Positions 57,701-64,000 of a DNA stretch of 64,000 bases are shown piece after piece. The position numbers and the translations under genes were made by a program. This DNA comes from an uncultured Gammaproteobacteria bacterium (GTDB lineage: Bacteria; Patescibacteriota; Microgenomatia; UBA10105; UBA927). The notes beneath the pieces are model-generated. The model had not been told where the DNA came from, made no database searches, and saw nothing but the letters and a program-made list of their open reading frames with translations. Position 1 is the first letter of the stretch. Each line of letters opens with the position of its first letter. The stretch is from the NCBI GenBank assembly GCA_964394685.1, contig CAYMYO010000001.1:128132-192131 (forward strand), given 5' to 3'.

Positions 57701-60468
57701 TGTGGTCGCAACTTATTCAGAATTTCTCCCAGTTTTTTCATTTCTTCTCCGTATCTTCCCCAATCTCCCTCCTTTTGGGCACGGATGGCGGCATCGTAGG
57801 TCTCGGCGGCCTGTTTGCTGAGATTATCCGAAGGAGCTATTACACTTGCCGGCTTGGCTTGTTGGCCGGTGCCGGTGCCAAAGAGTCTAGCTAGCCCTGC
57901 CTCCAATGTCTCCTCCATAACTATCTTGTTTTCGTAGGCGACAATAACGCGTTTGAGCTCGGGGATTTTACCTGTATCTGCCTTCAGATAGAGCGGCCGA
58001 ACATAAAGGAGCGACTCCTCAATTGGGATAACCAAAAGCGATCCTTGAATGACTTGTGACCCGCCCTGATCCCATAAAGAAATTTGACGGCTGACTTCTG
58101 CGTCTTGATTGATCCGGCTAATGACTTGTTTAGGACCGAACACCAATGTATCCTTGGGGAAGCGGTAGACAACTAGTTTGCCGTACTGCTGCCCGTCATT
58201 TCTGGCTACCATCCAAGCAGAAAGATTGTCTTTGGCTCTTGGTGTAAACGGCAGCATCAGAATATATTCCTCGGTTTTCTCGCCCGGAAGCTTCATAATC
58301 ATGTGGCGGGGTGTCATTGCGGGCACCTTGCTGTCAGCTTGCTGTTCACCTTCTTGGGCGATGGCCGGTATTTCCCACAGGTCTTCTTTGTTGTAAAAGA
58401 TTTGCGGATCATCCATATGGTATGTGGTATAGACAGCAGTTTGCAGGGAAAAGATGTCTTCTGGATAGCGCAGGTGCGGCACAAGATTTTTGGGCAGGTC
58501 GGAAAGCGGACGGAACATGTTGGGGAACATTTTGGTGTAGGTTTTGATAATCGGATCTTCGGAATCAGCTTGATACAAATTCACCGATCCGTCATATGCG
58601 TCCACCACTGCCTTGACTGAGTTTCTGATGTAATTAATCCTTCGACTTCGCTCAGGACTACCGTTTAGTGGTAATGGCTGGGAATACGGGTATCGGTCGG
58701 TTGAAGTATACGCATCGACGATCCAATAGAGTTTGCCTTCGGCAACCACGAGATATGGGTCCCGATCGTATGTCAAAAATGGCGCAACTTTCGCCACTCT
58801 CTCTTTTATATTCCGGTTGTAGAGAATACGGCTTTCGCCGGTTATATCGCCGGATAAAAACATTTTGAGTGAGGCAAAACGAAATGCATAGAGGAGCCTA
58901 CGCACGAGCGAATTGAGTTCCACGCCACCTTTTCCTGCATAGGTGGTGTACACATTCTCTTCCCCTTTGGGATAATCAAATTCTTTCGATTTGGTTTTGG
59001 TAATGACATAGTCGTTGAGAATCTCACCGTAGTAAATTTCCGGTCTGGTTATAGCGAGTTCTTTCACTTCCGATTTGGGGGGCAAATCTTTGACAAAAAG
59101 GACCGGCAAGCCTTCCGGAGTCACCTGATTTACCGGTCCGGCGGCAATGCCATAGCCGTGGGTAAATGTCAATCGTTCGTTAATCCATGCTTTGTTAGGA
59201 AGACTGTCGGAAGCCAGTTCCCTTGGGGAAAGCATAACCTGTCGTACTTCTCCATCTATGGTATAGCGGTCGTTATCCACGTTTGCAAACTCGTAGTAGG
59301 TTCTAATCTCTTGTATTTGCGAAAAAGTGGAAAGCAGCGGCGCTCTGTCCCAAAGCCTGACATTTTTAATAGTAAGATTATTGGCGGCAATGTCAACGCT
59401 TGTAATGGGTTTATCCGCGGCGATTTCCCGTTCTTCAATTTTATCCAGTCCATATGCCTTACGGGTAGCTTCGATATTATGGGTAATAAACGGCGTCTCT
59501 TTGGTAAGTTCATTGGGAGCAACGACTAATTTTTGAAAGACGCTTGGGACTATGCCGGAAACAAGTCCTACCACAACAGTGAGGGAGATCGCGCCCACGA
59601 GTGGTGAAATGTTTCCACTTATGCCATAAAACAGGGCCAGAATGGCGGAAATCCCATAGACAAAAACGGAAATTTTTATGATCGGGATCATTACGTTTGC
59701 ATCAGTAAACGCCGCGCCAAATACTGGCCCGCTTTGGGCGGTGAGGAGGTTATAGAGCGAAAGATAGGTACTGAGGGAGACCGTGGCAAGAAAAAGCGCT
59801 AAAAGGATGCCGATATGCAATCTGGCGTGTTGGTCCGCTTGCACTGAGCTTGTCGAATGTGTATTTGTATGTTTTACTAATTTAATGGGTAATTTGAACT
59901 TCCCCAAAAGAGCAGAGAGATTTAGGCTGCCGCGAAGAAAATAGATAGCACCGCTTATCATAAGCGACAATAAAACAAGAAATCGCAGGAGGCCCAAGCC
60001 CAGAGTGTAGACTGGAAGGGAAAATACGTAAAAGCTTATATCACGGCCAAACAGTGGATCGGTTTGGCCAAAGGGGGTGGCGGATAAGAATTTTAAGACA
60101 TCCTGCCAGCTGGCAGCCGCGACAAGGCCGATAAAAAAAGATACGGCTAGACAAATAGCAATACCAAATTTTTTAACTATCCGATCATTCAGACTCAAAG
60201 GTTGGCCAATGAGAGCTTCGGGGATAGCCAACATCCAGGGAATTTTTGAACGCATTGCAACCAGAAAGTTCGTCAGAAGAAAGGCGGCGGCAAAAAAGCC
60301 AACGGTAAGACCAAGAATGACTTTTGTACTGAGTGATTTGATGAAGATATCAGTAAAGCCAACTTCAGAAAACCACCACCAGTCAGTAACAAACGCAACA
60401 ATACTCGAGAAAAAGATAAAAAACGCAGCTACTATACCTATGAATGCCCAGGAAAATATTTTATTCAT
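57697..60468 (-). CDS. UPF0182-family membrane protein
   Basis: DPLFG.DISFY.F.LP, NVRLWD, YYEF..VD.DRY, FTHGYG, NYIRNSVK, HLRYP. Confidence 0.9.
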   Translation of the reverse strand: MNKIFSWAFIGIVAAFFIFFSSIVAFVTDWWWFSEVGFTDIFIKSLSTKVILGLTVGFFAAAFLLTNFLVAMRSKIPWMLAIPEALIGQPLSLNDRIVKKFGIAICLAVSFFIGLVAAASWQDVLKFLSATPFGQTDPLFGRDISFYVFSLPVYTLGLGLLRFLVLLSLMISGAIYFLRGSLNLSALLGKFKLPIKLVKHTNTHSTSSVQADQHARLHIGILLALFLATVSLSTYLSLYNLLTAQSGPVFGAAFTDANVMIPIIKISVFVYGISAILALFYGISGNISPLVGAISLTVVVGLVSGIVPSVFQKLVVAPNELTKETPFITHNIEATRKAYGLDKIEEREIAADKPITSVDIAANNLTIKNVRLWDRAPLLSTFSQIQEIRTYYEFANVDNDRYTIDGEVRQVMLSPRELASDSLPNKAWINERLTFTHGYGIAAGPVNQVTPEGLPVLFVKDLPPKSEVKELAITRPEIYYGEILNDYVITKTKSKEFDYPKGEENVYTTYAGKGGVELNSLVRRLLYAFRFASLKMFLSGDITGESRILYNRNIKERVAKVAPFLTYDRDPYLVVAEGKLYWIVDAYTSTDRYPYSQPLPLNGSPERSRRINYIRNSVKAVVDAYDGSVNLYQADSEDPIIKTYTKMFPNMFRPLSDLPKNLVPHLRYPEDIFSLQTAVYTTYHMDDPQIFYNKEDLWEIPAIAQEGEQQADSKVPAMTPRHMIMKLPGEKTEEYILMLPFTPRAKDNLSAWMVARNDGQQYGKLVVYRFPKDTLVFGPKQVISRINQDAEVSRQISLWDQGGSQVIQGSLLVIPIEESLLYVRPLYLKADTGKIPELKRVIVAYENKIVMEETLEAGLARLFGTGTGQQAKPASVIAPSDNLSKQAAETYDAAIRAQKEGDWGRYGEEMKKLGEILNKLRPQ
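58638..58661 (-). repeat. Family-C GTAG-tagged imperfect hairpin, in frame (SPERSRR)
   Basis: Minus strand GTAG-TCCT-GAGCGAAGTCGA-AGGA. Confidence 0.75.
59836..59859 (-). repeat. Family-C element, in frame (HSTSSVQA)
   Basis: Minus strand CATTCGACAAGCTCAGTGCAAGCG; shares TTCGAC-N2/3-GCTCAG with the 58.6-kb copy in opposite orientation. Confidence 0.7.
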
Positions 60469-60525
60469 TAGACTATATCTTTTATACCAAAATGTTATGC
60501 AAAATGATAGCATTAGTTTATCTAT

Positions 60526-63000
60526 ATGAAACAAAACGTCGGATTGTCAGACAAACAAGCGCAGAAACTGCTCACTCAATATGGGTTTAACGAAATTGTT
60601 TGTAAACCAAGGCAAACACCTCTGCAGATTTTCCTCACCCAATTTACAAGTCTACTTGTGGTCTTGTTGATTATTGCTTCTGTCGCTTCGTTGTTTTTGG
60701 GAGATCTGTTGGATGGAATTTTTATTCTTCTTATCGTCATTCTCAACGGTATATTGGGTTTTATCCAAGAATACAAAGCCGAAAAAACTATTGCGGCGTT
60801 AAAGCAAATGACCGTTGCCACGGTACGGGTTATACGAGGCGGGACAGAACAAAAAATAGACAGCAAGCTTTTGGTTCCCGGTGACCTCGTCATGCTTGAG
60901 GAAGGCGATAAAATCCCAGCTGATTGTGAGCTTCTGGAAAGCCTGCATTTGGAGGCAAACGAAGCGTCGCTTACTGGCGAATCGATGGCTGTCGAAAAGA
61001 ACACTTATGAAGAAGAGAAAAAACATGTATTTTTAGGCACTATAGTCGCCAAGGGGAGAGCCAAAGCATGTGTCACTGCCACCGGAATGCAGACCCGCTT
61101 TGGTCAGATTGCCGCATCTTTATCCCAGATCAAGGAGGAGGAAACACCGCTGCAAAAAAAACTGGATGTTTTAGGTAAACAGTTGGGAATCTTGGCACTG
61201 GGGGCAAGCGGCACCGTATTTATTATCGGTTTTTTTGCCAAACATCCATTGATTGAGATGATGTTAACAAGTATAAGCCTGGCTGTGGCCGCGGTACCGG
61301 AGGGGTTGCCGGCAGTTATCACCATTACCCTAGCCGTTGGAATGCAGCGCATGGCAAGGGAAAAAGCAATTCTTAGGAAACTATCGTCGATTGAAGCACT
61401 GGGGAGTGCCACAGTTATTGCCACAGACAAGACCGGCACACTGACCAAGAATGAAATGCGGGTAACAAAAGTATGGGGGGATGCAGACAAGATTTTAACC
61501 GCTGGAGTTATTTGCAATAACGCCAGTTTAATATTTAAACATGATCACGGCACCTACGACGTTTTGGGAGATACTACCGAGGGGGCGCTGCTACTTTTAG
61601 CCTCAGATAAGGGTCTAAAGTCCGAGCAAGTTAAACAAAACGGCACGCTCCTTGAGGAATTTGCTTTTGACCCCGTACTGAAAATGATGACCGTTGTATG
61701 GGAAAGCAATAAGCAAAAAACTATCTACACCAAAGGGGCTCCGGAATCTGTTTTAAAAAGTTGTACCTTGGATGCGCAGTCGAGACAGAATGTTGAAAAA
61801 GAATTCCGTGAGTATGCAAAAGAAGGTTTGCGTGTTATTGCGCTGGCATATAAAAACGTAACGCACACGCCAAAAACCTGCCAGGAAGCTGAACGGGATT
61901 TGACATTTATCGGATTTGTGGGGATTGCCGACCCGCCTCGCGAAGAAGTGAAAGATGCCATTGCTGTCGCCGAAGCCGCAGGCATCAGAACCATTATGAT
62001 TACTGGCGATAATGAACTGACGGCCAATGCCATTGGCACAAAAATCGGCCTGATTAAGCAAAATGATGAGATTATTACCGGTAGTCAATTTGCAAAGCTT
62101 TCTGATGAAGAAGCACTCGGTCGACTTAATAATATTCGTATTTTTGCCCGGACTACTCCTGACCAGAAACTACGTATTGTGCAACTCCTGCAAAAAATGG
62201 GTCACATTGTTGCCGTGACTGGAGACGGGGTGAATGACGCCCTGGCTCTTAAAGAATCAAATGTTGGTGTCGCTATGGGGATCACGGGAACAGATGTGGC
62301 CAAGGAAGCCGCCGATATGATCATTACCGATGATAATTATGCGACACTCGTGAGTGCTGTTGAAGAAGGCAGGACGATTTTTGACAATATCAAATCAGCC
62401 GTAAAATATTTAGTCGGATGCAATGTGGGTGAAGTTGTCGCAGTACTCATCGGTATGCTTTTGGGCTGGCCGCTTATTTTGACTCCTCTACAGCTTTTGT
62501 ATATCAACCTTGTCACCGACGGATTGCCGGCAATTGCCCTGGCGGTAACGCCAAAATATGACGGCATTATGAAGAGAAAACCGCGAACAACCAAAAGTAT
62601 TTTTAGTTCGCTTGATGGTGCCTGGTTTTTGGAGGTGAGTATATTGACCGCCGTTACTACGTTGATTGCCTTTTGGATTGGACAAAGATTCGGTAATCTG
62701 GAACTGGCCCGGGCAATGGCATTCACTACCATCATCCTCGTCCAGCATTTTATTTTACTCGATGTTTGGACACGAGATAGCTCTATTTTAAAGAAGAATA
62801 TCTTTGCCGATAAAATTTTTCTCGTGGCATTTTTCGGACCACTTATGTTGCAACCGCTCCTTATTTACATCCCACTTCTGTCCGGCATCTTTAAGATCAC
62901 CCAGGTGTCGCTTATTCAATTAGTACTCGTTGTAGCTCTTTCGGCAATACTCCTTGTGTCATCAGAAATCCGAAAGGCCGTATTTTTACGCCGCGGATAA
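60526..63000 (+). CDS. P-type cation-transporting ATPase (type IIA, Ca2+-like)
   Basis: LTGES, PEGL, DKTGT, KGAPE, MITGD, GDGVND, INLVTDG. Confidence 0.93.
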   Translation: MKQNVGLSDKQAQKLLTQYGFNEIVCKPRQTPLQIFLTQFTSLLVVLLIIASVASLFLGDLLDGIFILLIVILNGILGFIQEYKAEKTIAALKQMTVATVRVIRGGTEQKIDSKLLVPGDLVMLEEGDKIPADCELLESLHLEANEASLTGESMAVEKNTYEEEKKHVFLGTIVAKGRAKACVTATGMQTRFGQIAASLSQIKEEETPLQKKLDVLGKQLGILALGASGTVFIIGFFAKHPLIEMMLTSISLAVAAVPEGLPAVITITLAVGMQRMAREKAILRKLSSIEALGSATVIATDKTGTLTKNEMRVTKVWGDADKILTAGVICNNASLIFKHDHGTYDVLGDTTEGALLLLASDKGLKSEQVKQNGTLLEEFAFDPVLKMMTVVWESNKQKTIYTKGAPESVLKSCTLDAQSRQNVEKEFREYAKEGLRVIALAYKNVTHTPKTCQEAERDLTFIGFVGIADPPREEVKDAIAVAEAAGIRTIMITGDNELTANAIGTKIGLIKQNDEIITGSQFAKLSDEEALGRLNNIRIFARTTPDQKLRIVQLLQKMGHIVAVTGDGVNDALALKESNVGVAMGITGTDVAKEAADMIITDDNYATLVSAVEEGRTIFDNIKSAVKYLVGCNVGEVVAVLIGMLLGWPLILTPLQLLYINLVTDGLPAIALAVTPKYDGIMKRKPRTTKSIFSSLDGAWFLEVSILTAVTTLIAFWIGQRFGNLELARAMAFTTIILVQHFILLDVWTRDSSILKKNIFADKIFLVAFFGPLMLQPLLIYIPLLSGIFKITQVSLIQLVLVVALSAILLVSSEIRKAVFLRRG

Positions 63001-63933
63001 CTTCAAAGTTAACAGATAAATAAGCGATAGTACTAACAAAAATACTCCAACCCGCTTCGGCACCACTTTTCCACTGTAGCGTCGTAAAACAAAAACAAAA
63101 CCAATTGTCGTCGCCATCAACCATGCCCAGTCTTCAACAGGTATGATTATTACAGGAGAAAAAATAGTCACCAGACCACCAACAAACAGCAGGTTATAGA
63201 TATTGCTGCCGATGATGTTTCCGATAGCAATCTTCTCCTGATCTTCTTTCTGGCTGAATATGGTAGTCAATAGTTCAGGTAACGAGGTAACAATCGCGGT
63301 CAAGGACAGCCCGAGAACAGTAGTGGAGTAGCCCGTGACTATTGATATACCTTCAACCGAAGAGACAAGTAAAACTCCTCCGATAATGATACCGATTAAT
63401 GAAAGTGCAAGCGATACAAACCCTCCAAGGGTAAACCGTCCCTTCTTATGATTATTAAACCTTGCTGCGTCCTCATGATCTCTGCCAAAAATTGCCCATT
63501 GGTACTCTAACACGGTAACGATCAGCGCTGACGTTAGGAGGAATAATCCGGATAGCAAAGGCGGGAACGCCATAAATTGCAGGAATACAAAAACTCCGGT
63601 TACGCCAAGAAGCAAAAGAGCGTTTCTTTGTGTCTTGGTTTTTCCGATACGCAGTTTTCCAACGAGAATAGCAGTGGGCAACACCATAAGAATATTGATA
63701 ATATTTGAACCGATGATGTTACCTAATGCTAAACCGATATCGTTTTTTATTACAGCAATCAATGAAACCGAAAGTTCCGGTAGCGATGTTCCCAATGCTA
63801 CAATAGTCATGCCAACAATCAGCGGAGAAATCCGAAAGGCCAGAGAAATATTTTTCGCTAATCTAACGAATGCCCGGGTAGACAGTAAAAGGAAAATAAC
63901 GCCCAAACAAAATTTCAAGAACAAATCCAACAT
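62986..63933 (-). CDS. Ca2+/Na+ antiporter (CaCA, YrbG-like)
   Basis: Two alpha repeats: GTSLPEL...GNIIGSN and TSLPEL...GNIIGSN. Confidence 0.9.
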   Translation of the reverse strand: MLDLFLKFCLGVIFLLLSTRAFVRLAKNISLAFRISPLIVGMTIVALGTSLPELSVSLIAVIKNDIGLALGNIIGSNIINILMVLPTAILVGKLRIGKTKTQRNALLLLGVTGVFVFLQFMAFPPLLSGLFLLTSALIVTVLEYQWAIFGRDHEDAARFNNHKKGRFTLGGFVSLALSLIGIIIGGVLLVSSVEGISIVTGYSTTVLGLSLTAIVTSLPELLTTIFSQKEDQEKIAIGNIIGSNIYNLLFVGGLVTIFSPVIIIPVEDWAWLMATTIGFVFVLRRYSGKVVPKRVGVFLLVLSLIYLLTLKLSAA

Positions 63934-63971
63934 AAATCCATTATATGTTTTTCATAAGTATTTTGTAAATA

Positions 63972-63993
63972 AAAACGGCGAAAATTTCTCCGG
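63972..63993 (-). repeat. 22-bp inverted repeat, right copy
   Basis: AAAACGGCGAAAATTTCTCCGG; reverse complement CCGGAGAAATTTTCGCCGTTTT. Confidence 0.75.
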
Positions 63994-64000
63994 TGGAAAG

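Noticed and set aside
1-64000. CRISPR array, cas genes, integrase/transposase, rRNA, inteins or tRNA introns
   Set aside because: No regularly spaced repeat-spacer units, no recognisable motifs in any ORF, and the housekeeping proteins are of normal or reduced length.
1-64000. Alternative genetic code (TGA=Gly, as in Gracilibacteria/Absconditabacteria)
   Set aside because: Conserved genes are full length in code 11 and several end at TGA overlapping the next ATG.

Overview
64-kb fragment of an AT-rich bacterial chromosome read in standard code 11 (TGA is used as a stop). Gene content and style suggest Patescibacteria/CPR, probably Microgenomates; this is inference from short MurE/MurF, archaeal-type GlmU, alpha2 GlyRS, type-2 IleRS, DUF4012 and a Trm11-like methylase. 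Layout: (1) 1-11.6 kb surface-glycan locus; (2) recO-glyS; (3) 14-37.4 kb dcw supercluster from mraZ to ftsZ-def holding nearly all peptidoglycan precursor genes; (4) 37.4-45 kb accessory glycan and repair genes, including an AT-rich cassette bounded by 58-bp direct repeats; (5) ileS-rodA-rplU-methylase-rpmA-parB, lepB and tRNA-Val; (6) a second glycan cluster and tRNA-Thr; (7) a 7.7-kb, partly GC-richer block (phosphoesterase, zincin, UPF0182, P-type ATPase, CaCA antiporter) bracketed by 22-bp inverted repeats. The most striking signal is a set of tiny (about 14-24 nt) GC-rich palindromic elements in three families. They sit in frame inside protein genes, including ftsA and ribosomal L27, and nest inside other repeats (a heptamer tandem array and both arms of a REPIN-like doublet). 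No mobilising enzyme is encoded in the window. All product calls come from motif recognition by eye, not database searches.
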